Shown: positions 24,450 through 38,800, counted from the first letter of the stretch. The stretch: DNA of 64,000 nt from Octopus sinensis (GCF_006345805.1 NC_043002.1:59520001-59584000), one strand, 5' to 3'. Notes: generated by a model from the sequence alone, not told the origin. Translations and numbers: made by a program.

Positions 24450-24725
24450 ATATATATATATATACATACACACGCATATATATCTTTGTGTGAGTCTGTG
24501 TGTCTGTGTCTGTGTTTGTTCCCCAGCACCGTTTTCCAACCGCCTTTAATGTGTTTAGTTCCACGTAACTTAGTGGTTCGGGAAAAGGGTTTGATAGAAT
24601 AAGTACCAGGACCCCACTAGAAAAAAAAGCACGGGGTGAGGTGGGGTGGAGTCAATTCGCTTAACTAAAATTCTTGAAGGTGGTGCCCCAGCATGGCCGC
24701 TGTGTAATGGCTGAAGCAAGCAAAG
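24255..24725 (+). mobile_element. Rearranged SINE family A mosaic
   Basis: Head remnant, then a 3' tail, then a second 3' half; about 58 bp shared with 18513-18570. Confidence 0.75.
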
Positions 24726-25309
24726 GGTAAAAGATAAACGGTAACACTGCGTCCTGTATCTGGACACTTCAGCACCGAAGCAACAGGATTTGAACTGTCG
24801 GAGCGTAAGTTTGTTTCCTGATACAGTATCAACTTGTCTTCTGTAATTCGATATAAAGAACAATAAAGATAACAAGGAACAAAAAAAGCAATAAAATAAA
24901 CGATAAAGACTTATGAATAAATGATACAGTATAATCGTAGAGCTAATTGTTATGGGTAGACTTCAAACTGATCAATACTTGTTGATTAATCATAATATGT
25001 TCGCCATAGATCGATAATCGTTGATTAAGGAGCAGTCGTTAGTTGTCGATAAATACTGATTAATGACCGAACCAGATACTCTGTAAGTAATTTATACATA
25101 ATGAAAAGCGAGATCAATTCAACCCCAACTTAATCAATAGCGTTTGATAAAAGAAAAGGAAAAATAATGCTTTTGAATGCTTAATACATACTGCCGAATT
25201 ATATGTATTGTTATGTGTATTACGTAATGATTACGTAATCAACAAGCTAGATTCTGAAAACTTCACTGTTGATAATTGATTTAAAAGATTGGCACAAGGC
25301 CAATAAATT

Positions 25310-25615
25310 CAGCGGGGGAACCTGGATAGTATATTACATCAACCCCAGTGCTCAACGGGTACGTATTTCCTCGACCTCGAAAGGATGAAGGAGAAAGTCG
25401 ACCTCGGCGGAATTTGAACACATTTCATCGGGCGTGCGTGCGATTCTGCCAGGTACCTGTTACCTTCGCCGAGGGGTCTCAATTTAACGTATGCTGCAAC
25501 GTTGATTAAGTGGTCGAGCGTTAGCATCACAGAACCACGTTAATTTCACGAGGAGGCTGTTCCGTTGATCGGATCAACTGGAACCCACGTCGTCGTAACC
25601 GACGCAGTCTGAGAC
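25310..25615 (-). mobile_element. SINE B fragment plus SINE C tail fragment
   Basis: CGACCTCGAAAGGATGAAGG.GAAAGTCGACCTCGGCGGAATTTGAAC; GGCTGTTCCGTTGATCGGATCAACTGGAACC. Confidence 0.75.
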
Positions 25616-25631
25616 ACGTATGAATATACAT

Positions 25632-25668
<37 letters not shown>

Positions 25669-25854
25669 TACAGACACAGACGCACACTCACAGACACACA
25701 CACACAAACACATACACATACACAAACACACACGCACAATGTAATAACATAGCTCTTTATAGAGTAACCGTATTACAGTGGAAAAAGAAGTTACCGTCTG
25801 GTATTCTTACTACTTGTATCTAGTTTAGAGATTTAAAACTAGCTTTTTGCTCGT

Positions 25855-25977
<123 letters not shown>

Positions 25978-26061
25978 GTGTATATATATATATATATATA
26001 CTTATTTAAAGCAGCAGAAAATTCAACAAAACCTGTTACTCTGAGTTTCCCGTTGCCGTTC

Positions 26062-26132
<71 letters not shown>

Positions 26133-26268
26133 ATATATATTACATACATACATACATATACATATATACATATACATATACATATATATATATATATAAT
26201 ATATATATTATATATATATATATATACGTGTGTGTATGTATATATATAATATACATATACATATACAT

Positions 26269-26328
<60 letters not shown>

Positions 26329-26339
26329 ATATATATATC

Positions 26340-26371
<32 letters not shown>

Positions 26372-26934
26372 CGTATGTATATCAGAAATCAGAAGGACAA
26401 AGGAATAAAAAAAAACATGGCATGAGCACAATTAGCTTCCAACAGTGTGTCTGTTTTAACTTGTAATACACTCATAGTCGAATGCTTGTGTATCACTCTA
26501 TAGCTTCATCGGACCTTCTACACATATAGGAAAAAAGGAAATCAATTACCAGTTGGAGCACAAAAGCAAATATAAGAGAAAACGTTACATAAACAATGGT
26601 TCTAGCAGGTCAATAGATAGCATAGAATTTTTTAGTGTTTTGATTTTTTAACAGTCAATGCTAGTTTCTGCAACTCTCAAGAGATTTCAAATAGGAGACG
26701 TAGTGTATTGTGACTGACATGTTTGTATCCCTGAAAGTAACCGAACATCTGAAGATAAATAACTTCAACGGCTGTCATGGCCCAGCTGGTAAGAAATACT
26801 CTTCGCAACCACGTAGTTTCGAGTTTAGTAACAAAGTGTTGGCAACTTGGACAGGTTTCTGTTACTACGGCCCTGAAAACGTCCAATGCTTCGTGAGTTA
26901 ATTTTATAGACGGAAAGTCTCTGTCTATCTGTCT

Positions 26935-27290
<356 letters not shown>

Positions 27291-27650
27291 GTATGTATAT
27301 GTATGCATGTATGTATTTATGTGAGTATGTTATTTTGTGCTTGTTCCGTCACCATAGCTTCACAATCGAAGTGAGCATGTTGCGTCGAATTAAATTAGTG
27401 GTTTGGAAAAAAAGCTCGATATAATAAGAACCAAACTTCAAGACAATTACTGGGGCGATTTGTTGGAGTAGACCCTTCAAAACGGTGCCCCAACATGGTC
27501 GCAGTCAAATAACTGATAGAAGTACAACAAAGAAAGGAATAATGATACTCCTACAAACACTGATTAACGGCCGCACATACAGTACCACCGCCTTTCAAGC
27601 CATCCACTCAGAGCCGTAAATTATGAAGCTGCGTTTACGCTGTAAACATC

Positions 27651-27727
27651 GTGTCAGAATCGTATGTAGGAGATTGTGACGTCAAACTTCTTATGACGTC
27701 CCAATCTCCTACATACGATCTTGACAC
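27651..27727. other. 77 nt hairpin with an 18 bp perfect stem segment
   Basis: ATCGTATGTAGGAGATTG 27659-27676 / CAATCTCCTACATACGAT 27702-27719; GACGTCA/TGACGTC; 9 nt loop. Confidence 0.9.
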
Positions 27728-29454
27728 CATCTTCTACACAAATATCACATTGTTAATTCAACATTACGCCATTACATTTATATTCATTAAAGTTTCGATC
27801 ACTGCTAATACTCCACTGACATCACTTTTATATACACCCATATTTAATTCCTCTTTCTTATGTATACCATCTCTCGCACACTTTCGTTTCTTCTTCAACG
27901 TACTATCATTCATTCCTGTTTCTCTATAAACTACTAACTCCTTTTCATTTGCATTCTGACACAATATTCTCCACGCTGGTGCCTTATAAGAGTCGCATAC
28001 CTGTTATCTTCGTCGAGAGGCCTCAATTTAATGTACGCTGCAATGTTGGTAAAGAGGTCGAATGTTAGTGTCATAAAACTATAATGTTGCGAAGAATCAC
28101 AACCTATTGCTGATATTTAGTTAGCAATTTCACAATAAACCAGTAATTCTATATTTAAATACGTGATATTAATAGAATGTCTGTATTCGTTATCAACTCG
28201 TAGTGGCAATTTCGTGTCCTAAAATCTGTGAAGTGCGTAGAATGTATTATATAAACGGTTTAAGCTATAGAAACATGAACGACGGCAAAGCTGGAGTATA
28301 GAAAGATCTTAAGGCTTGATAAAACCCATCGAAATTGGTGGTGAGGGTATATCTAAGAATGATAGTTTGGTAATGATTTGCTTCGCAGTAATATCAAAAT
28401 GGTAGCATTGGTGTCGAGAATGTTGACTTACTTGACGGTAAACCCATCAGAAGTTTTCTAGGCAGATGAAAACGAGATTTAACTTGGCCATTTTCCAGTA
28501 TCTTTTCCAGCTGTTGTACGAACTACGAGATCAAGGTGTCATATACATTGACACAAGAACTTTATACAAGAGCTTGGCTATATATCAGGAAAGTGAAATT
28601 TATTACCACATTTACAACAGTTTTCTTACTCACGGATGCTACGTACGTGGCTTTGAGTCAAAAGGTTGTTAGATTAGCGACAATAAACTTTATATCGTCG
28701 ATTCCTTTGAAAATTATTTACTGCTAATATCACATCGGAGTCAGCAATTTTAGGAATAAAAAAATGGTCTGTGATTATGGTATAATAACTCAAGTTCCGC
28801 AAATAAGGCAATTATAAAATCAATACTGCACTTGTTTCTTGTTAATTAGTTGAGCAAGAAGTAAGTAAAATAACTTTTACGATACAATGTAAATCAGACA
28901 TCAAAAATATTGGCTGCACAAAACAAAACGACGTGAAGTCATGAGACACTATACTATATTCTCATTGTTGTATGTTACTGTTTGTGGTACTTAGTTTGCA
29001 ATAAAGTGGTGTTCATGACTGTTAATATCGTCAGTTCTTCTGCAAATAGGTAGATGGATTTCTGGTTAAGCTGTTGCACTCATGAGCGTAAGATTGTGGT
29101 TTCGGTCTCTGGAATCGGGTCTTAAGTTGTTCTTTTCAGCAAAAATAACTCATTTGACGTTCCTTTAAGTCCACTCAGCTGATAGAAATTAATAAGAATC
29201 TGATAGACGAGCATAATGTCCAGGTGGCAAATACATACGCCACAGAACACGAGAAACCATTGGTATGAGTCTATGGCTAGGAAAAGACTTTTTTTTTTTT
29301 TCATTCCCCAACACAGACAGTTGGTGAACATAAAAGATGATACGATACAATCTATATTTATTAATGACTCGCAATGTCAGGTCTATACAGTAAAAAAAAC
29401 CAAGTTGGACAGAAGATGCATCATGCTCCAATACGATGTGACCCGGGAAGTCCC

Positions 29455-29705
29455 GTGACTTAGCATTAGGGTACACGGCTCAAAGACGTAAGTTCGTGTG
29501 TTCGAAATCCGGCGATCCAGATGGTAAAAATGAGAAGTACCTGTAATTCAAAGGGCCAGTCTTGTCACAAACTGTGTCACGCTAAATCATCTTGAGAACT
29601 ACGTTAAAAGTGCGCGTGTTTGTTAATTTCACATTAATTTCACGATCTGGCTGTTCTGCCGATCGAATCAATTGGAACGCTCGTCATCGTAACCGATGAA
29701 GTGAT
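29455..29705 (+). mobile_element. SINE family C
   Basis: GTTCGAAATCC B-box-like motif; tail GGCTGTTC..CGATCG.ATCAA.TGGAAC.CTCGTC.TCGTAACCGA. Confidence 0.72.
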
Positions 29706-31127
29706 AGTTATAACACTGCATAGCGGGTCTACCGAGAAATCTTAATCTTCGATAACCTCTTTGCAACTGCTGAAGTAGATTATGGGAAAGAAAAGTGTTG
29801 TTTTTCTTTAAAGACTGCCTTTACAGACAATTAGGTTACAGTATAGTATTGCTACTGCTTTGACCATTCGTTTCATTGTAATCAAATAACGTTATTAACA
29901 TTCCATAATATGTTTTATTGTGGAATGAGCGCTAGAGAGAGGACAATGCCATGGAGAGAACGTTGTGAAGGAGAAGGTCCTTCACAATTTACAAATTGAC
30001 AGGAAGGTCAATGTAATTGCTATTAAAACGATATTTGAATGACGTCAACGTAAATGGCTTTATTTTATTTCGTTTGGCATTGAAAGTGAAAAAAATCTGT
30101 GTGTATGGTGGCTTCGAATCACGATATACTCTTATAGCCGACTTACAAAGTTTTCCACATGTACCGAGTCGATTCCAAGGGAATTAACAAAATGAAATAA
30201 TGACGACACCAAATGGTAATTGAAACTTGGAGGCTGTTCTAGCTTGCCGCACTTTTAATATCTAAATACGATTATTATACAACTGGCACATCCGCTACTC
30301 ATATAACGGAATATATTAAATGATAAATGAAGAATACGCATTGATTAAACCTTACAGTAACAAAACCAAACATATACTCGTCTTTATAGTCGACATGGCG
30401 CATGCACGGCACTCCAGATTTCTAGATATTTTATGAATAAGAATTTGGCGGTCAGAATGTATTCAGCAAGAATTAATACATATTTCACCATTGAATTCTG
30501 CTTAATTATTAATGGCAACTGTATCTAATGATATTGTTCTTGAAACCGATATCTGTCAGTGTCACGATTTTTTCTTTCTATTTCTTTGGTGGCAATGAAT
30601 CTTTGTTTGAAGGTTAGTAAAATATCTCACTGCTGTCTTGGTTATAGACAAAAGACAAACTATAGAGTTGCTTGGTGTTCACTGAAGCATTGCAGATATG
30701 ACTAAGAAGAATATAATGTCTGAGGACTCTGTAGGAAATCTTTCGGTAGACATGACGTCATAATAGAATTATATCGCAATTTTTAGACAAATTCAGGAAC
30801 AAAAGATTAATTAATAAATATTTTCACATACGTTTAACTTTTTGTTGAAATTCAAATATTTGGTTGACTATTACGTCATATTTCAGATTTCTTTCTGAAT
30901 TTTTGTAAATTTAGAAATACTGGAATAAATAGAATTGAATTAATGCATATTTTTACATCTCTTTATTTACCAGCATTTGGTTTTAGCCAACAGAAAAATC
31001 ATGGTTCTGTTAAATGCGTAAAACAAAGAGGAAGACTAACAGTGCAATAAGAATTTCTGTTGAATGGACGCGCGCGTGTGTGTATGCATCTGTGTATGTG
31101 TGTATAAATTTATCTATCTATCTATCC

Positions 31128-31203
<76 letters not shown>

Positions 31204-31214
31204 GCTTGTATACC

Positions 31215-31249
<35 letters not shown>

Positions 31250-31286
31250 ATATATTATATAATATGTATGTATGTATGTATGTATT

Positions 31287-31617
31287 GAGACCCCTTCGGT
31301 AAAGACTGACCGTGGATTGCACCTAGAAAGTTACCCTCCCAGGCAAAAGTCTGGGCAAGGTTGTTTATGGAAGACCAGCAGTCCCCCATGCATACCGGCC
31401 TCCCCTCTCCCCACCACCAGTGTTATCCAAGGGAAACGCAACAGCAGATGAAGCTTGGCACCAGTGACGTCGCAGCTCATTTATACAGCTGAGTGAACTG
31501 AAGCAATGTGAAATAAAGTGTCTTGCTCCAGAACACAACACGCAGCCCAGTGCGGGATTCGAACTCACAACCTCATGATCGTAAGTACGACCCTCTAACC
31601 ATTGAGCCATGCACATT
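31287..31617 (-). mobile_element. Full-length tRNA-headed SINE (family C variant)
   Basis: Minus strand TGGCTCAATGG A-box and AGTTCGAATCC B-box, then GAGCAAGACACTTTATTTCAC. Confidence 0.9.
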
Positions 31618-31811
31618 CACACACACACACACATACATATATATATATGGGGGGGGGTAGGTGTGTGTGTGTCTGTGTGTCTGTGTGTGTGTTTCTGTGT
31701 GTGTCTTGCGTGAGTGTGTGTGTACGTGTGCGCTGTGTGCTATTTAGCTTTGTTATGAAATTGGTGACTGATTCACGTGCTACGTTTAAATGATAAATGT
31801 TATATACACAC

Positions 31812-31953
31812 AGGCGCAGGAGTGGCTAAGTGGCTTGCTTACTAACCACATGGTTCCGAGTTCAGTACCAGGGACAAGCGTCTTCTACTATAGTCTCGGG
31901 CTGACCAAATCCTTGTGTGGATTTGGTAGATAGAAACTGAAAGAAGCCCGTGG

Positions 31954-32011
<58 letters not shown>

Positions 32012-32115
32012 GTACACGTGTCTGTATGTTGGTGGGTCTGTGTTTATCCCCCATTCCCATCACTTTACAACTGATGCTGGTGTGTTTATGACCCCCGTAA
32101 CTTAGCGGTTCGCGC
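31812..32115 (+). mobile_element. SINE family A
   Basis: AGGCGCAGGAGTGGCT head; central (TA)n; partial 3' half. Confidence 0.88.
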
Positions 32116-33047
32116 CCGCACAGACATATACGTACACACAGATAAACACCCACCCACACCCACCCCCACCCATACACACACAAATATATAAATATGCACA
32201 CATACAATATTAAAATATAATATAATTTGTTGCTGTTTCCGGTTGATTATGCGCTCTAAGCTTCCTTCCTTCTACACCAATTTCCGACACAACCATTTCA
32301 TCTTCGGCGAATATTCACAGACATTTTCACGGGTCACAACATCAAAGCTCGGATATTTATTTATACGATTCTTACTTTTAAAGTTTGCTTCCAATTTCTT
32401 GCACAATTCTTTTCACTTATATTATTTGACACTTTGAATATATACTTCCATCTTTTATTTTCGTCTATGAAATGTTTCCTCAAGTACTTATTTTCGCTTT
32501 CATTTGATAAATGCTTGGAACATATTCGTTTGATGCTACTCAACAGCGCAGGTACACAATAAAAAATAAAAAGCAATTACGGATATACAGAAACACACAA
32601 GTGTACACACGTATACAATAGCAAGCCCACATGTCTACTCCACCACCGCGCTCACACATGCTATGAAATCTAGAATCAACAAAAACGCCTCGATATAATT
32701 AAAGGAACTGAAAGAAATATTAACCTCATTTCCGTTTAGTCACACTCTACTGTATTTGACAGACAGTGGTCTGATCTTTTTAACTAGGTCTACGTCCAAC
32801 AGTCTACTTTAAAAGCATGCACACATACATACGTACATGCATTTATATATATATCGAGATGAATGTATAGATATATGTGCATATCTCTCTCACCTCTCCT
32901 CCATCAGCCTCTCCCCTCCCTCCCTATATATATATATATATATATATTTTTACCGTTATTGTTTTTACGTTTTTGTATTCTTATTGGTGTCACGTATTCT
33001 GTATTTTTGTTTATGTACTTCGTTCGTTTTCCGTCCTCGCATTGTAT

Positions 33048-33194
33048 ACATTCGAAGCTTTCTTCCAGGGGATCTAATGCGCTTGGCTTAGATTTCCCTT
33101 GGCGGGCTGGCCATATCGGAGCAATCTCAAGATTAATCAGCCGAAATTGCTAAGATGATCTGGTTCTTGACTGATGACTGAGGGCTTCGAATGT
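33048..33194 (+). ncRNA. Candidate non-circularly permuted hammerhead ribozyme, copy 1
   Basis: AGCAAT-C(33126)-TCAAGA; CAGCC-GAAA(33143-33146)-TTGCT; TCTTGA-CTGATGA(33171-33177); closing stem 33048-33062 / 33180-33194. Confidence 0.62.
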
Positions 33195-33828
33195 CCCGTC
33201 CTGTGGTTCTTGTGTCGTCTCTGTGGTGTTTCATGTTCTTGTCCATGTCTGTAATTATTTTTACTGTTTACCTATATAATCGGCGGCTACGTATCCACAA
33301 TTGTCCTTATACGATAAGTATATTTTTTCTCTAGCATTGATACGACTCTTAATCTGTCTCTTTTTCTCTCTCTCTCTCCTCCCTTATTCCCCTTCCTTTC
33401 TTTCCCTCTCCATCCGTCTCCCCCCCCTTCTACGTTTCTCTATCTCTCTCACCTCCAGCCCCTTCGATCTGTCTCTTTCTTCTCCTCCCTCGTCCACCTT
33501 CTCTCTCTTTTCATCTGTCCCTTTCTCCTGTCTTTTGTTCTCACGTGATCGCTAGCCGCTGTTGAGCGCTCTTTTCGTTTTCAGCAGCCGCAGAAGCAAC
33601 ACGTATTTGTTCGTCTCCCCGTGGCCATTAGGCACAACTTCACAAGCCAGCCCCATACTCAACTCGTCCTGTCGAAAGACCCTTGTCCTACGTCCTGGTG
33701 TTGTTTGTTGTTTATTTTTTATTTTTATTTTTACCGTTATTGTTTTTACGTTTTTGTATTCTTATTGGTGTCACGTATTCTGTATTTTTGTTTATGTACT
33801 TCGTTCGTTTTCCGTCCTCGCATTGTAT

Positions 33829-33975
33829 ACATTCGAAGCTTTCTTCCAGGGGATCTAATGCGCTTGGCTTAGATTTCCCTTGGCGGGCTGGCCATATCGG
33901 AGCAATCTCAAGATTAATCAGCCGAAATTGCTAAGATGATCTGGTTCTTGACTGATGACTGAGGGCTTCGAATGT
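33829..33975 (+). ncRNA. Candidate non-circularly permuted hammerhead ribozyme, copy 2
   Basis: Identical to copy 1, offset 781; C17 at 33907, CTGATGA at 33952-33958. Confidence 0.62.
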
Positions 33976-34735
33976 CCCGTCCTGTGGTTCTTGTGTCGTC
34001 TCTGTGGTATTTCATGTTCTTGTCCATGTCTGTAATTATTTTTACTGTTTACCTATATATATATATATATATATATGCACACATACACATATACACGTAG
34101 CTCTTTGGTTAGGAAGATCAATTTGTAGGCACGTTGTTTCGAGTTCACTGCCACTGCACAGCATCAGAGTCAAGTATTTTCTAGTGTAGCCCCAGCCAAG
34201 GCTTTGCTAGTGATTTTGGTACATGGAAAATGAATGGAAACCCGTCGTATACACAAACACACACAAACTCAAATGATGTGTATGACAATTAAATCGCAGA
34301 CCCATCTACCTAATGTTAATATTTCGGAGTACTTATCTCCTCATCGGTCACAGACACTATGCAGATGAGACTATGACCTAAATTAAGAGATTTCCTCTCT
34401 TATGCTGTTCTAGTCACCGAGCTGATCTCGGGGTATACACACCATTTATTAACAAATGTGATATATTCTCCGTGGCAAAATGCAGTATCTTGTACCCCTT
34501 TCACTCTCTGACTCTTTCTCTCCATCTCTGTCTGTCTCTCTTTCTGTCACTGTATTTTTCTCTCTTTCTCTGCTATTCTTTCTCACTCTCACTCTTTCTC
34601 TCCTGTATATGTGTGTCTGTTTGTCGCTGTCTCTCTCTCTTTCTCTCCTACTCTTTCTCTCTCTCACTCTTTCTCTCCTTCTGTATCTGTCTGTCAGTCA
34701 GTCTTTGTCTATATGTCTCTGTCTGTTTGTCTGTG

Positions 34736-34833
<98 letters not shown>

Positions 34834-34875
34834 CCTATCTATCTTTCTTTCTATCTATCTATCTGTATCTGTATT

Positions 34876-34908
<33 letters not shown>

Positions 34909-35257
34909 CTGTGTTTCTATCTGTCTGCATGTCTGTTAGTCTCTGTCTGTCTGTCTCTGTCTCTCTATCTCTCTCCCTTTGTATATGCCTGTTTTCAGTT
35001 GCCCTATATTTGCAGATCCTCATGAATCTGTCGCTATCCAGTTCCATCATTATGAATTTTACTCAGGGGCTTGAATCATAGTGAATCTCCTATTAGCTAA
35101 TTACACAACCATGGACTTCACCTGTATGGGAACGTTGCGATTACTCTTTTAATAGAGTTTGGTGATTCTGAGCGGTGATCTTCGTGGATTCCTTCACTTA
35201 GCATCATTGTAAGAATCGCCATTGGCTCAGTCTATGTGACCAACCGTAGACACACAC

Positions 35258-35297
<40 letters not shown>

Positions 35298-35920
35298 CAT
35301 AATGACAATTAAAACACAAACATTCTCAGACAGACACAACACACACACTCACGTACACACACATAACATCCTCATCAACACAAAAACACACAAATATAAA
35401 CGCGCGCACACACAGACGCACACATGCAAACACTCGAACAAACACATATACACACACATGCGCACATACAACACCCTGACAAATACCAATCACGCACATA
35501 CACACACTTGCGCACACACAACACCCTAACAAATATTAATCACACACATACACACACAAACGTGCACACATATACACACACCATCCTACTAAATATAAAA
35601 CACACACACACACACATTTACACACACCACAATTTATATACACACGCACACATAGAGACGTACACAGAGACACACACACTCACACCATTCTGACCTCTTA
35701 GACCACCCCCCAAAAACCACTGAACCATGACAGACTAGTCCAGAAAGAAAGTAATCCTTTCAATTCCACATTGCTCTTCCTCCCCCTACCCCGACCAACC
35801 TCTCACATTGTCCCTTACAATAGCAAACAACCCTTGGCTTCACACAAAATAAAAGATGTTAAAAAACGGTCAGTTCATCTCAATTCTTTGTAAACTCCTC
35901 AACTAAATATATTCCTGCTG

Positions 35921-35982
<62 letters not shown>

Positions 35983-36341
35983 TACCAAACATGATTTTTA
36001 TGAACTCCTAATACTCTTTTTGTGTATGTATATAGATACTTCCAAGCAAACATGATTTTTAATAAACTAATACTTTACTGAACTTTTTGTCCAATATTTT
36101 GTCAGATATTTCCTTATAAACTGTTTTTAACATTTACTTATTATTATCATAGAATGTATGTATGTATTTTAATACCTTTGTGACAACCAGTACTTAATAC
36201 AACAAAGCTTATACAAAGCTTTACGTTTTACTTTTGACAATCTTTTTCTAAAAAAGTGAAACCGGTCAAGTGAATAAACATCTTTAAAATTGCATTTTGA
36301 AACCTTCTTTCATATATATTTCTACTCGTGCGGTACCTTAC

Positions 36342-36419
<78 letters not shown>

Positions 36420-36823
36420 CATAAGCAAAGGCTAAAGAAGTTTTCTAAGCCAATACTGAAATCCACGTTTAATCTACTTGCTACAGAAAGTTAAATTGAA
36501 ATGCGGGCAACTCTACATTTGGAACATCTAAATTCGTTATCTTAAATTGAATCAATTCGGAATCAACACTAAGTGTTTGTTCTTCTTCAGTTAAGCTTAC
36601 GAGAGAATAGAATATAAGTGAGATACTCACACGCGCCCATGGGAAACAGCGGAAGCGAATAACACAAGCACATCTGAGTAACCCCGTTATAATCCAAAAA
36701 TAAAAGTTCGTAGGTTAAGTCTCAGAACAACCTGTTGACTTGCCGCCGCTACATATTGTAGTGGTTACAAGTACCCTGATGGAGTTTTTTTCTGTAGAGA
36801 AAAAGGCTACATCCCTGTAATAG

Positions 36824-36910
<87 letters not shown>

Positions 36911-37218
36911 TATATATATATGTACGTATATGTATGTGCGTGTATGGTGTATGTGTGTATGTGTGTGGTGTTATGTGTGTACATGTGTGGGTGGTGTGTG
37001 TGCTTGCGTCTCTGTTGCTCTATGTCGAATAGTTTGCTTCTGTGCAAGTTACGAAGACGTACAGAATGCTCGAACCTACAGAAATACATTAGAACACAGA
37101 GTGAACAATGCCTGTTATGTAAAACTGGAAACATAACTGCGTTATATAAATGCATAAATCCATTATATTCATATGTACATAGATACACACACACATATGT
37201 ACATACATATGTATGTAT

Positions 37219-37281
<63 letters not shown>

Positions 37282-37714
37282 TTTTGTACATATGTATTCT
37301 GTGGCTTTACGTATATGCAGTCGCAGACGATAACAGCAATGGCATACTAAAGTATTGTATTTGAAATCCTCGCATTAGACTAAAATAAAGCTGTAAATAA
37401 CGTAAAATATATGAACGAATTCAATGAAAATCGTAGCCTTTTATTATTACGCAATTTAAATGGAAGTTAAATCTGAATGCATCCACGAGACAGACCTTTG
37501 TCAGAGCACAACGTATTTTTGATTATACATACGATAGGAATGCAAACAGAGATCAGGACAATGCATTGTACAATATTAACATTTCTGACGGAATTTCTAT
37601 CTCGAGAAATAATATTGCTGAAGATATCGAATATAGTGAGTTTGTAAACAATACAAAAAACATTAAATATTCTGGCTGATATAATATATTATAATAAATA
37701 ATATATATTATATA

Positions 37715-37762
<48 letters not shown>

Positions 37763-37927
37763 TAATAAATATATGATATATATGGCATATATATACATAA
37801 TATAATATAATTATATATATATATAATATAGCACACACACACACATAAATATATATATATAAAAACTAGTTGCCTTTCTCATGAATGTATGTATGTATCG
37901 ATCTATCTATCTATATATATGTATATA

Positions 37928-37958
<31 letters not shown>

Positions 37959-38009
37959 AATATATGGTATATACCATAATGAATTTATAGTTATATATAG
38001 AATACTTTT

Positions 38010-38046
<37 letters not shown>

Positions 38047-38399
38047 ATATTATAGATTTATAATGGATAAAAATATGAGAGAATCAGATAAATATTGCTT
38101 ATACGTATTTTGAAATGCTGTTTGAAATGCCGACGTTTTGTACACCCAGGTGGTATGGTAGCTTTAGTTATGAATTCGCATTTGCCTTAATATAAAGGAA
38201 AACGCTAAACTGTTTTGCTTTACTAAGTCATTGATGTTCAAACTCCATATGCAATATGATTGTAAACAAGGGTCGTCTGTAACCTTCAATGAATTTCAAA
38301 TATATAATATTTTTGCTGTAATATTATAGACACGAAGAATATAATTTTAAATGCATCTTAGAAATGTTGTCTTGAATTGCTTCCTTCTGGATCAGTCTT

Positions 38400-38800
38400 T
38401 GTTGTTGATTTCGGTTTGCTTTCCAAACACATACTTCTGGGTTCAATTCCATTGCCTGGCATCTTGTGTACATGTCTCCTACTATAGCCTCGGACCGTCA
38501 AAGCCTTGTAACTGGTATTGTTAGACAGAAACTGAAAGAATCCCCTCGCATATATACATACATACATTTATAAACACACACGCAGACACACACATACATA
38601 CACACACACACACAGACACATATATGCGTAAGCGTGTGTGTCCCTATGTGTGTGTGTGTGTCATGGTGTGCGTGTTGCGTTTGTTCCCAAACACCGCTTG
38701 ACAACCGGTGTTGTGTTTACGTCCCCGTTACTTCAACAGACGGTTACGATAGAATAAGTTCCGAGCTATAAAAATGACAAGCACTGGACTTCCTTCGGTC
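38400..38800 (+). mobile_element. SINE family A, degenerate
   Basis: CTACTATAGCCTCGG...AGAAACTGAAAGAA; GCTTGACAACCGGTG..GTGTTTACGTCCCCGT. Confidence 0.78.

Larger units (their letters stand above)
32946..34059 (+). mobile_element. Retrozyme-like element: 333 bp direct repeats (1 mismatch) flanking a 448 bp internal region, inserted in (TA)n
   Basis: 32946-33278 equals 33727-34059 except 33228 G vs 34009 A; period 781; CT-rich internal tract; no credible ORF. Confidence 0.9.

Noticed and set aside
26677-26886. Possible Penelope GIY-YIG remnant (ETCPSCQHF...)
   Set aside because: Only a CxxC resemblance; GIY, YIG and the downstream motifs are missing.
29963-29987. 10 bp hairpin as a Helitron 3' end or terminator
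   Set aside because: No CTRR terminus at the expected distance; intrinsic terminators are not expected in this eukaryotic context.
35016-35142. Exon after a long pyrimidine tract
   Set aside because: All three frames close before the first good donor.
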